DNA of 32,000 nucleotides from Methylorubrum extorquens (GTDB lineage Bacteria > Pseudomonadota > Alphaproteobacteria > Rhizobiales > Beijerinckiaceae), in assembly GCA_900234795.1 (NCBI GenBank), contig LT962688.1, positions 5,220,001 through 5,252,000 of the forward strand. The letters run 5' to 3'. The notes beneath the pieces are model-generated. The model was not told where the DNA came from. It saw only the letters and a list, made by a program, of their open reading frames with translations, and ran no database searches. The translations under genes and the position numbers were made by a program. Position 1 is the first letter of the stretch, and every line of letters starts with the position of its first letter. Of this stretch, positions 8,603-16,161 are shown piece by piece.

Positions 8603-8834
8603 CGTGCAACTCCGCAGTCCCGGCCCAACCGGCTTCGGCACAAGAGGCGGCGTCCGAACGGGGCCATGGGGCGGAAAGGTCAAGCAAGAGCGTTGCCGCT
8701 TTCCGTGGTTGCGGTGCTCGTCAGGCGCGCGGGGCTGCGAGGTCTTCCCGGGAGGGCCGCCGCATGCCGGCGCCGCTCAACCCCTCTGGGCCGGCAGCGG
8801 GGCGAGTTGGCAGCGGTCACTCGGGCGAGGGCCG

Positions 8835-9323
8835 TTAGCCGGCCGGATCGAACGGGATTTGAGCGATACGTCCCGTTGCCGGATGTTCGCTCAGCTCGAC
8901 ATTGAAGGTCTTGTAGATGAAGGCGAGCAGCTCCTCCGCCGCGCAGGCGCGCGTCTCGGATGAGGCCGCTGCGGCTTTCGCCTCATGATAGCGACGCGAC
9001 AGGATCTCTTTTTCCGAAAGCGCCGTTCGCAGCGCCATCTTCGTCGCGGTGATCGTCAGCCGGCACTCGCTGATTTCGTTCATCAGCGCCGATCGTTCCG
9101 ATTGCCATCGGACTCGTTCCTGCTGGACGCTTTGAATCAGGTTCAGCGCCTGCGGCTCGATCATCTCCTTCCAGCGCTGCAAGTCATGGATCGTGTCCGC
9201 GGCTTGCTTCACCAGACCCAATGCGTCGTCGAGCCTGACTTCGACGCCGAACATGGCCCATTCGGAGGGCTGGACCGGCAGGCCGCTCTCGCTGGTGATC
9301 GGGCATGGGCTGTCGAGGTCCAT
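8835..9323 (-). CDS. hypothetical coiled-coil protein, 162 aa (paralog of the upstream 145-aa gene)
   Basis: Helical, heptad-like middle region with no enzymatic or TM motif. Shares ALGLVKQAADTI and AEELLAFIYKTF with AIDLVQEAAEAI and AETWLVRIYDAV of the neighbour. Only a 17-bp gap separates it from the upstream gene. Confidence 0.65.
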   Translation of the reverse strand: MDLDSPCPITSESGLPVQPSEWAMFGVEVRLDDALGLVKQAADTIHDLQRWKEMIEPQALNLIQSVQQERVRWQSERSALMNEISECRLTITATKMALRTALSEKEILSRRYHEAKAAAASSETRACAAEELLAFIYKTFNVELSEHPATGRIAQIPFDPAG

Positions 9324-9340
9324 CAGAGCGCGTTCACGCC

Positions 9341-9778
9341 TTACGGCGCGTCCTGTCCGATGTCGCCGGTCTCCGCGGGGACGGGCTTGTTCTTCGAGCC
9401 GAAGGCCGTGAACACGGCGTCATAGATGCGGACCAGCCAGGTTTCCGCCTCCTTGGCACGCGCCTCGGCGCGACGGGCGCGGTCCTCCGCTTGGCTCAGC
9501 AGGACCTGGTTCGAGGCGAGCGTCTTCTGGAGCTGCCGCACCTCGTCCTCAGCTTGGCTGATGACGCTTCGGAGCTGGTTCTCGAGATCGACGGCGCGCT
9601 CTTCGCTGATCCGGATCGCTTCGGCAGCCTCCTGCACGAGGTCGATCGCGGAGACCCAGTCGCGCTGCGGCGGCGAGGCCGTGCCCCCGTCGGAGGCGGA
9701 TGCGGTGTCGGAGGTGGCGGGCGAGAAATTGATGATCTTGTCTCCCGGTCGCGTCACGTTGGCCTGCCAAGCCCGCAT
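9341..9778 (-). CDS. hypothetical coiled-coil protein, 145 aa (paralog of the 162-aa gene); 5' end questionable
   Basis: Core sequence: DWVSAIDLVQEAAEAIRISEERAVDLENQLRSVISQAEDEVRQLQKTLASNQVLLSQAEDRARRAEARAKEAETWLVRIYDAVF. There is no Shine-Dalgarno before ATG 9778. A well-placed SD plus ATG exists at 9833 in another frame (see findings). Confidence 0.6.
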   Translation of the reverse strand: MRAWQANVTRPGDKIINFSPATSDTASASDGGTASPPQRDWVSAIDLVQEAAEAIRISEERAVDLENQLRSVISQAEDEVRQLQKTLASNQVLLSQAEDRARRAEARAKEAETWLVRIYDAVFTAFGSKNKPVPAETGDIGQDAP

Positions 9779-9849
9779 GAGAATGGAATTGCCGGAGGAA
9801 GGGGGCGGCGTCTTTCACGGCCTGTTCTGACATTCAAACATCCTTCCGA

Positions 9850-9892
9850 GTCTTTTTTGCCAGGTCTTTTTTGCCAGGTCTTCTTTGCCGAG
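9850..9892. repeat. Tandem repeat, 3 copies of a 14-15-bp unit (plus strand GTCTTTTTTGCCAG; minus strand CTGGCAAAAAAGAC)
   Basis: Copies at 9850-9863 and 9864-9877 are identical. Copy 9878-9892 is GTCTTCTTTGCCGAG. The array lies between the stop of the long coiled-coil gene (9903) and the start region of the next gene. Confidence 0.9.
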
Positions 9893-9902
9893 GAACGGCG
9901 AA

Positions 9903-11468
9903 TTAGGCCGACTTGCCCGTGGAGCTGAACGGCCGAACGTTGCTCACCTCGTCGGCCGAGGCATGCGCGGTCTCTTCGTCGAGCTCGTCGTTCACCTGCT
10001 CCCGCCACGGGCGGCCCGAGCGTTTCAGGGCATCGTGCTGCTTCTGCAGCGTAACCCGGCTTTCGCGCGCGATGTCGAGGGCACCTTGCAGCAACGCGCG
10101 CTCCGAGCGCTCGTTCTGCAATTCCTCCATCAATCGGCGGTTGGAGGCTTCGAGATCGGCTCGGGCGGCTTCGTGTCGGTGGGTCAGGTGCTCGATACGA
10201 TCGTTCAGAACCGCGTTGCGGTTCGTCGTCTGCTCGATCGCCGCATCCTTGGCGGCGAGAGCCTTGTTGAGCATGTCGCAACGGCTATCGAGTTCGCCGC
10301 GAATGCGCTGGATTTCCAGGAACCGCTCGGTCTGGCGCGACAGGTCGGCTTGCAGGGCTTCGAGGCGGCGTTCCAGCGTGCTGCGCGCGATGGTCGCTTC
10401 CTTGAAATTGCGATCGACTGAGCGGAATTCCTCGTCCTTGTCCCGCAACTGGTTGCGGGCCTGCACCAGCAACTGTTCCGTCGAGGTCGCCCGGTTCAGC
10501 GCGGCTTCGAGTTTCATCGCGAGGCTGGCGCGGTCGTTTCGGAGCGCGGACAGCTCCGTTTCGTGCTGCGCCTCGTTCCGCTCCCTGACGGAGATTTCCG
10601 TCGCGAGTTGGGTCTCGACGATGCGCAGGCGTTGCCGGTCCGCTTCGGCGGTGGTCGTCAGGTCGCGGTGGCGGGCATCCAGATCCGCGAGCCGGGTCGC
10701 CTGCTCCTCGCTCAGAAGCTGAAGACGGCGTCCCTCGACCTCCAGCAGGCTGTTCCGCTCGCGGACGTTGTTCAGCTCGTGCTCGGAACGCGCCAGGGCG
10801 CTGTCGGCGGCCTGCGCTTCCTGCCGCAGCGCCCGGCTCTCGCTCGTCAGCGCCTTGTTCTGCTCGACCTCGGAAAAGAGTTGGCGCTCCAGGTTCTCGA
10901 TGGCCGACACCTTGTCGCGCAGATCGATCTGATGCGCCTCGACCGCTGCATCGCGCTCGCGCAGGCTTTCCAGGGTTCGCTTCGCGTGAACCTGGGAATC
11001 CGCCAGCTCGCTGTTCATCCGCGACAGCTTCGTGGAGAGATCCGCCACCTCGTCGCGCAGGCTGCCGTTGGCGCTGACTTCCTGCGTCAGCGTGTTCTCA
11101 AGCTCGGCGATCCGCACGCTCGCCTTGGACAACTCGCTGCTGATGCTCGCCAGCGGCTGCAGGATCAGCACGAAATCGTCTTGGAGGCTTCGCAGATCGT
11201 CCAGCCGGCCGACCATCGCGTCGATGCGCTGCCGGACGACCTCGTCCCGTTGACCGATGGCGTCGAGGTTCGTCGGAGCCGGCTCGGGGGCCGAACGGGA
11301 GCGTCCCCCGCCTTCCATCAGGTCGGGGAGAACTGCCTTCGGCAGCCGCGGCGAGGGGGGCGGCTCCGGGTTGCGCGGCCGTTGCTCCGCGTCCCGGTCG
11401 CGTGAGGCGGATGACGTCGGCAGCACGTTTCGGAACGGCATCCAAGCCATCGCGGTGTGTTTTCCCAT
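9903..11468 (-). CDS. large coiled-coil rod protein (about 520 aa), function unknown
   Basis: The track ORF is 9903..11519 (GTG). The first 17 codons are AT-rich and look non-coding, so ATG 11468 is used; 11450 and 11441 are alternatives. A Pro/Arg-rich N-terminus of about 90 aa is followed by about 430 aa of Leu/Glu/Arg/Ala/Gln heptad-like sequence (...RIAELENTLTQEVSANGSLRDEVADLSTKLSRMNSELADSQVHAKRTLESLRERDAAVEAHQIDLRDKVSAIENLERQL...). No Walker A motif and no TM segment. Confidence 0.75.
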   Translation of the reverse strand: MGKHTAMAWMPFRNVLPTSSASRDRDAEQRPRNPEPPPSPRLPKAVLPDLMEGGGRSRSAPEPAPTNLDAIGQRDEVVRQRIDAMVGRLDDLRSLQDDFVLILQPLASISSELSKASVRIAELENTLTQEVSANGSLRDEVADLSTKLSRMNSELADSQVHAKRTLESLRERDAAVEAHQIDLRDKVSAIENLERQLFSEVEQNKALTSESRALRQEAQAADSALARSEHELNNVRERNSLLEVEGRRLQLLSEEQATRLADLDARHRDLTTTAEADRQRLRIVETQLATEISVRERNEAQHETELSALRNDRASLAMKLEAALNRATSTEQLLVQARNQLRDKDEEFRSVDRNFKEATIARSTLERRLEALQADLSRQTERFLEIQRIRGELDSRCDMLNKALAAKDAAIEQTTNRNAVLNDRIEHLTHRHEAARADLEASNRRLMEELQNERSERALLQGALDIARESRVTLQKQHDALKRSGRPWREQVNDELDEETAHASADEVSNVRPFSSTGKSA

Positions 11469-11758
11469 AACGACACGGCGAATTCGCGTGCTTACTGCCT
11501 TTTTTAACAGATTTGTCACGCAACGCGAGTCGCCGGACCCGTTGGCAACAGGCTTCTTCCTGATGGGGTGCGTATCGGTCTTTTGATGACTAAATCGTGA
11601 TTGCGGAATATTGCTCAGTATATCCAGATTTTATTGCTGCATTTATGTCAACAATGGGATGATTTGATAAGAATTGCCTCACATGGCGTCGGGTTGCTGG
11701 TGACAGTGATCGTGATGGCCGTCAGGTTGCGCGGATTTCTGTTGCCGGGGATGTTCCG

Positions 11759-11787
11759 GCAAAGAACGCTTCTGCAAAGAACGCTTC
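11759..11787. repeat. Direct repeat GCAAAGAACGCTTC x2 (15-bp period) in the AT-rich spacer upstream of the long coiled-coil gene
   Basis: Identical 14-mers at 11759-11772 and 11774-11787. The core GCAAAGAACGC resembles the minus-strand core GCAAA(A/G)AAGAC of the 9850-9892 array. Confidence 0.85.
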
Positions 11788-11952
11788 GGCGTGGGTTGTT
11801 GCGATACGCGCGGAATTCGCTCAGGGTTAATAATGCCCTGCCGTTACAACCCAAAGGCGCATCAGGTTCGGGCGCCTCCACTCGCCACCGGAAACCGCGT
11901 CACGTCGGCGCGGAGGCTGCTCCGAGCCCTACCCTCATGAGGGCCGCGGCGG

Positions 11953-13137
11953 TCAGGCGGCGCTCGGCCCCGTTTCCAGTGCGGTCCCGTCGCGGGTGCG
12001 GATGTCCATGGCGTTTCCGCGCCAGACGATGGCGGTGCGCGCCCAGGCGCTCGCCCAGATCGCCGGAAGAAGGGCGTCGCGGACCAGGAGGGCCGCGAGC
12101 ATCCGCGGCGAGCGGTGCCAGCCGGCGCGCGCGGCCAGCGCGATCTCCGCCCCGTACCAGAGGGCGCCGGCGCCGACGAGCCAGAGCGTGGCCTCGACGC
12201 TTCCCGCCACGAGACCCGTCAGCACCAGCGGCAGCAGGGCGCCGATGCCGATCTCGGGGGCGAAGAACAGCGGGAAGGTGACCCGTCGCAGCCGCGCCCA
12301 GCGCACCTGCCGCGACCAGACCTCGGACAGGGCACGGTGCCCGAGCGGCTGCTGGAAGGGCGAGGCGACGAGATGCACCCGCTTGCCCGCCGCGCGAACG
12401 AGCTTGGTCGCGGCGGCATCCTCGGCGATCTCGGCGTTCAAGGCGCGGATGCCGCCCTGCGCTTCGAGGAAGGGCTTGTTCCAGAGCATGCTCTTGCCCT
12501 GGGCGAAGCCGAGGCCCAGCGCCTCGCCGGCATATTGCCAGCGGGCCTGCAGGGTGTTGAGGAAGGCGCATTCGACTTCGGCGAAGAAGTTCGCCGGACG
12601 TGCGCCGATCGGTGTCGAGCAGACGAGGCCGCTGCTCGTCCGCCACGCCGCCTGCATCTGCTGGATATAGTCGGGCGGCATCAGGACGTTGGAATCGGCG
12701 AGGATCACCCAATCGTGCCGGGCGGCATCCCAGCCGCGCACGCAGTTGTTGAGCTTCGGGTTGCCGCCGATGCGCTCGTCGCCGAGGATCAGCCGTGACG
12801 GGATCTGCGGGTGCGCCGCCCGCATCCGCTCCAGCAGCGGCAGGATCGGGTCGCCGGCCTCCGCCACGCAGAAGATCAACTCGTATGCGGGATAGTCGAG
12901 CCGGAAGCTCGCCAGCAGCGTCTCCTCACTGAATGCTTCCAGGCCGCACAGGGGCCGCACCACCGAGACGGGGGCGCCCGCGGGGAAAGCGGACGGCTTG
13001 CTGAGGCCGCCACCATTGTCGCGACTTTTGCGGCCGATGCGCAGGGCCGCCACCGCGAGGCTCGCGAGGTTGACGGCGACGAGAACCGCGCAGAGCGCAA
13101 GGGCGGCGAGCGCGCCGCTCTCCGGCAGGGCGATCAT
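11953..13137 (-). CDS. GT21-family glycosyltransferase (ceramide glucosyltransferase-like; possibly a processive diacylglycerol glycosyltransferase of the Pgt type)
   Basis: 394-aa ORF with an N-terminal TM segment. Contains VSVVRPLCGLE, NPKLNN, ILADSNV, IAEDAA and the (Q/R)xxRW motif in SRQVRWARLRR. C-terminal hydrophobic segments. Confidence 0.82.
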   Translation of the reverse strand: MIALPESGALAALALCAVLVAVNLASLAVAALRIGRKSRDNGGGLSKPSAFPAGAPVSVVRPLCGLEAFSEETLLASFRLDYPAYELIFCVAEAGDPILPLLERMRAAHPQIPSRLILGDERIGGNPKLNNCVRGWDAARHDWVILADSNVLMPPDYIQQMQAAWRTSSGLVCSTPIGARPANFFAEVECAFLNTLQARWQYAGEALGLGFAQGKSMLWNKPFLEAQGGIRALNAEIAEDAAATKLVRAAGKRVHLVASPFQQPLGHRALSEVWSRQVRWARLRRVTFPLFFAPEIGIGALLPLVLTGLVAGSVEATLWLVGAGALWYGAEIALAARAGWHRSPRMLAALLVRDALLPAIWASAWARTAIVWRGNAMDIRTRDGTALETGPSAA

Positions 13138-13219
13138 GCGCGGCGTCTCCCGTCGAGGGTTTCTTCGGACGCGACGGCGCGTCTCATCACGCCCCTAGCA
13201 GCGCCGCCTTATCAGGCGT

Positions 13220-14146
13220 GTGACACTTCAAACGCCGTCCCGGGCCGCTCCCTTGATCCCGATTGTGTTCCATCCGGCCTACGAGGCCGAACTGCCGGAA
13301 GGCCACCGCTTTCCAATGCGCAAATACGGCCGGCTCGCCGAAATTCTGCGCGCCCGCGGCCTCGTTCCGGACGGCTTCGTCACGCCGGAGCCCGCCGACG
13401 CGGCGCTGCTCTCGGGCGCGCATGATCCGGCCTATGTCGCCGCGGTGCTCGCCGCGCAGGTGCCGCGAGCGATCGAGCGGGCGATCGGCCTGCCCGTGAC
13501 GGAGGCGGTCGCCGCCCGCGCCTGCGCCTCGGCCGGCGGGACGCTGCGCGCCGCGCGCCTCGCACTCAGCCACGGGCTCGCCGGCAGCACGGCCGGCGGC
13601 AGCCACCACGCGCGGCGGGCCGGCGGCGCGGGGTTCTGCGTGTTCAACGACGTGGCGGTGGCCGCCCTCGCTCTGAGACGCGAGGGCGCGATCACCCGGG
13701 CGCTGATCGTCGATCTCGACGTGCATCAGGGCGACGGCACCGCCGACTGTCTCGCCCGCGAGCCCGACCTGTTCACACTCTCGATCCACTGCGAGCGCAA
13801 CTATCCGCACGACAAGGTGCCGGGCGACCTCGATATCGGCCTGCCCGACGGGCTCGGCGATGCGGAATACTTCGAGGTGCTGGAGGCACGCCTGCCCGCG
13901 CTGGTCCAGAACTTCACGCCGGACCTGATCTTCTACAATGCCGGCGTCGATCCGCATCGCGACGACCGGCTCGGCCGCCTCTGCCTCACCGATGCGGGGT
14001 TGCTCGCCCGCGATCGATACGTGGTCGGCCTCGCGCAGTCGCAGCGGATTCCGCTCTGCGCCGTGATCGGCGGCGGCTATGGCAGCGACGTCGACGCCCT
14101 GGCCGCGCGCCATGCCCTCGTCTTCGAGGCGATGGCCGCAGCCTGA
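13220..14146 (+). CDS. histone deacetylase (HDAC/AcuC/acetylpolyamine amidohydrolase) family protein
   Basis: 308-aa ORF: GGSHHARRAGGAGFCVFNDVAVAA, DLDVHQGDGT, FYNAGVDPHRDD, IGGGY. GTG start at 13220. A TTG near 13250 (LIPIVFHP) is an alternative. Confidence 0.9.
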   Translation: MTLQTPSRAAPLIPIVFHPAYEAELPEGHRFPMRKYGRLAEILRARGLVPDGFVTPEPADAALLSGAHDPAYVAAVLAAQVPRAIERAIGLPVTEAVAARACASAGGTLRAARLALSHGLAGSTAGGSHHARRAGGAGFCVFNDVAVAALALRREGAITRALIVDLDVHQGDGTADCLAREPDLFTLSIHCERNYPHDKVPGDLDIGLPDGLGDAEYFEVLEARLPALVQNFTPDLIFYNAGVDPHRDDRLGRLCLTDAGLLARDRYVVGLAQSQRIPLCAVIGGGYGSDVDALAARHALVFEAMAAA

Positions 14147-14207
14147 GGAACGCCGGTCCGCGCGCCCGGTTTGCCCAGTCACGGCGACGACGCAACAGGA
14201 AGAGACG

Positions 14208-14639
14208 ATGCCGGACGACGCGTTCGACCTGAACCGGTTCGTGGAGGCACAGGACGGCCTCTACGAGGACGCGCTCGCGGAATTGCGGAGCGGGCGAAAG
14301 CAGAGCCACTGGATGTGGTTCATCTTTCCCCAGATCGCCGGGCTCGGCTCCAGCGCGATGGCCCGGCGCTACGCGATCCGCTCACTGGCCGAGGCGCAGG
14401 CCTATCTCGCCCACCCGCTGCTCGGCGAACGGCTGCGGACCTGTACGCGGGCCGCGAACGCCTGGAAGGACCGCTCGGCCCGCGCCCTGTTCGGCGCGCC
14501 CGACGACGTGAAGTTCCGCTCCTCCATGACGCTGTTCGCGCAGGCCGATCCGGACGACCCGGATTTCGCCCGTGCGCTCTCGATATTCTTCGAGGGACGG
14601 CCCGACCCGCTGACCTTGGAGAGGCTGGAACAGCGTTGA
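14208..14639 (+). CDS. DUF1810-family protein
   Basis: MPDDAFDLNRFVEAQDGLYEDALAELRSGRKQSHWMWFIFPQIAGLGSSAMARRYAI matches my recollection of DUF1810. ATG 14208 follows GGAAGAG. The track ORF begins at 14079 inside the HDAC gene tail, which is unlikely. Confidence 0.8.
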   Translation: MPDDAFDLNRFVEAQDGLYEDALAELRSGRKQSHWMWFIFPQIAGLGSSAMARRYAIRSLAEAQAYLAHPLLGERLRTCTRAANAWKDRSARALFGAPDDVKFRSSMTLFAQADPDDPDFARALSIFFEGRPDPLTLERLEQR

Positions 14640-14774
14640 CCCAGGAGCGTCGCCCCGCCGCCCTTCGGCTTCGAGCAGACTCCAAAGCCGCAATTGAGTT
14701 CTAACCCGATTTTTCCGGGTCGCGCATCAGTATAGAAGTATTATAAAAAGTTGAGAGTGCTGATGATTGGTTGT

Positions 14775-14802
14775 TGACGTTACATTGCGCGTAAACATAA
14801 AA
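14775..14802 (+). promoter_or_regulatory. Candidate sigma70-like promoter (TTGACG-N16-CATAAA) for the ATP-grasp gene
   Basis: TTGACG at 14775-14780 and CATAAA at 14797-14802, inside a spacer that is 50/120 G+C (42%) over 14701-14820 by hand count. Hexamer match only. Confidence 0.3.
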
Positions 14803-14882
14803 GTTTCAAGACCGCCGATCTAAGATCAAATATTAGTCCGTTCTCTGAGGGTTCGGGGATTGGTCGGACATGAGGCTCTACG

Positions 14883-15953
14883 ATGAAGCGCGCGCTTGTC
14901 TTAGCCAATGGCCCGCGCATCCAATACCGAGTTTTGCGATGTGCAGGCGAATGCTTCGATGAAGTCTACGTCCTGGGCGCAAACGATGCATATCTCCTGA
15001 AGCGTTCGCGCTTTTGTGAACGATACATCGATTTTACCGGAGATTTTGCCAATATTCGGCAATCGGATCTTGCCGATATTCGCCGGCTCTGCGCTGTCCA
15101 CAAGATCGATATGGTGCTCCCGAGTTGCAGCCGGACGACGCGTCTCCTGGCGGCCCATGGGGCCGAGATCGGGGCGCCGTACTATCCCGTGCCGGATCAG
15201 GAAACCTTCGACGCGCTCGACGACAAGTGGCGCTTCGCCGGCGTCTGCGCCGACCTCGGTCTTCCCGTCCCGCTGACGCGGCGGTTCGAGACGATGGCGG
15301 ATCTACGCCGCGACCCGGACTACGCCCACCTCGAATTCCCGCTGATCCTGAAGCCGGCGGCCATGTCGGGCGGCTACGGCGTGCGGCGGATCGATTCCGC
15401 CGACGCGCTTCCCGAGCATCTCAGTTACACACCGATCATCTGTCAGGCTTACGTGCCGGGCGAGGAGTTGAGTGCGTTCTATCTGTGTGAAGCCGGGAAG
15501 ATCTTCGCCTCGTTCTCCTATCGCCGGACCCTGACCAAGCTGGAGGAGATCCGCGTTCCGGCCATTGATGCGCATGCGAGCCGGCTCGTCGCGCATTTCC
15601 GCTATGACGGGGTGATCGGGTTCGACGTCCGGCGCCGGCCCGATGGCGAGATCGCCTTCATCGAATGCAACCCGCGCTTCTGGTACCACATGGAAGTGGC
15701 GATGCTGGCGGGCCTGAACTTCGTCACCCTCGGCTGCCGCCTGCGCGAGGGGGAGAGCGGCCCTCCGGATTCCGACACGCTCAAGATCCGTTCGCCGCGA
15801 CGCCTGTGCGGAAACCTGCTCACGCCGTGGCGCCTGAACCGCGCCGAGCGGGCCTATCTCCGCTACATCGTCCGCGATCCGGCGATCTCCGGCTGGGCGG
15901 CGTTCCAGAGCGCGATCGGCCGCTACCGTCTCGCCGGCGGACAGCTCCTGTGA
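14883..15953 (+). CDS. ATP-grasp domain protein (carboxylate-amine ligase type), substrate unknown
   Basis: 356-aa ORF: DDKWRFAGVCADLGLPVP, FPLILKPAAMSGGYGVRRIDS, ICQAYVPGEE, IAFIECNPRFW. SD GAGG lies 7 nt before the ATG. The first ~250 nt are visibly lower in G+C than the flanks. Confidence 0.8.
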   Translation: MKRALVLANGPRIQYRVLRCAGECFDEVYVLGANDAYLLKRSRFCERYIDFTGDFANIRQSDLADIRRLCAVHKIDMVLPSCSRTTRLLAAHGAEIGAPYYPVPDQETFDALDDKWRFAGVCADLGLPVPLTRRFETMADLRRDPDYAHLEFPLILKPAAMSGGYGVRRIDSADALPEHLSYTPIICQAYVPGEELSAFYLCEAGKIFASFSYRRTLTKLEEIRVPAIDAHASRLVAHFRYDGVIGFDVRRRPDGEIAFIECNPRFWYHMEVAMLAGLNFVTLGCRLREGESGPPDSDTLKIRSPRRLCGNLLTPWRLNRAERAYLRYIVRDPAISGWAAFQSAIGRYRLAGGQLL

Positions 15954-16161
15954 GGCACGCACGCCGATGCGCGGGAGAGCGGCGCCGCTTCCGGCCGGTT
16001 CACGCCGGGCCGGTCTGCGCATCGGGATATCCCCCTCAAGAGCGCGTGCTTTAAGCGCGGCTTTGTCGTCGTTCTCGGCGGGCAGAAATGTGACGACGTC
16101 GTGAGCCGGCCCGCGGATGCTGGCCCGGCGGAGCGACGCGACCGAGGGAGAGGGGCCGTCC

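Noticed and set aside
8735-8756. A B12-box-like string (minus strand CCCGGGAAGACCTCGC) in the 5' leader of the ethanolamine-type permease. A cobalamin riboswitch would be biologically tempting here.
   Set aside because: The rest of the leader (8603-8834, read on the minus strand) lacks the other conserved cobalamin-riboswitch elements I know, notably GCCACTG and the upstream conserved helices. The box itself also deviates after GACCT. An Infernal scan with RF00174 would settle it.
6833-8905. Very long ORFs in the track: 690 aa at 6833..8905 (+), 429 aa at 3029..4318 (-), 443 aa at 15303..16634 (-), 682 aa at 17723..19771 (+), 597 aa at 17832..19625 (-), 711 aa at 21667..23802 (+), 502 aa at 19886..21394 (+), 409 aa at 26162..27391 (-), 445 aa at 30437..31774 (-).
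   Set aside because: All lie antisense or off-frame to genes with clear family motifs. Their translations are Arg/Gly/Pro/Ala-rich low-complexity strings. This is the expected shadow-ORF artefact of roughly 70% G+C DNA, where stop codons are rare.
9850-9892. Tandem repeats here and at 11759-11787 and 18064-18142, considered as possible CRISPR or minisatellite arrays.
   Set aside because: Units are 14-17 bp, directly abutting or 1-2 bp apart, with only 2-3 copies and no spacers. They do not fit CRISPR architecture. They are kept as candidate regulatory or slippage repeats.
11648-11881. A 77-aa minus-strand ORF inside the AT-rich spacer, with a duplicated RSVLC peptide.
   Set aside because: The duplication is just the translation of the 15-bp DNA repeat. 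The ORF has a GTG start, no SD and odd composition. It is treated as non-coding, though Ribo-seq could revisit this.
13138-13219. A Pho-box search in the GT21/HDAC divergent promoter, because Pgt-type enzymes are phosphate-starvation induced.
   Set aside because: I could not find a convincing tandem CTGTCAT-type repeat; only weak single half-site-like strings are present. No call is made.
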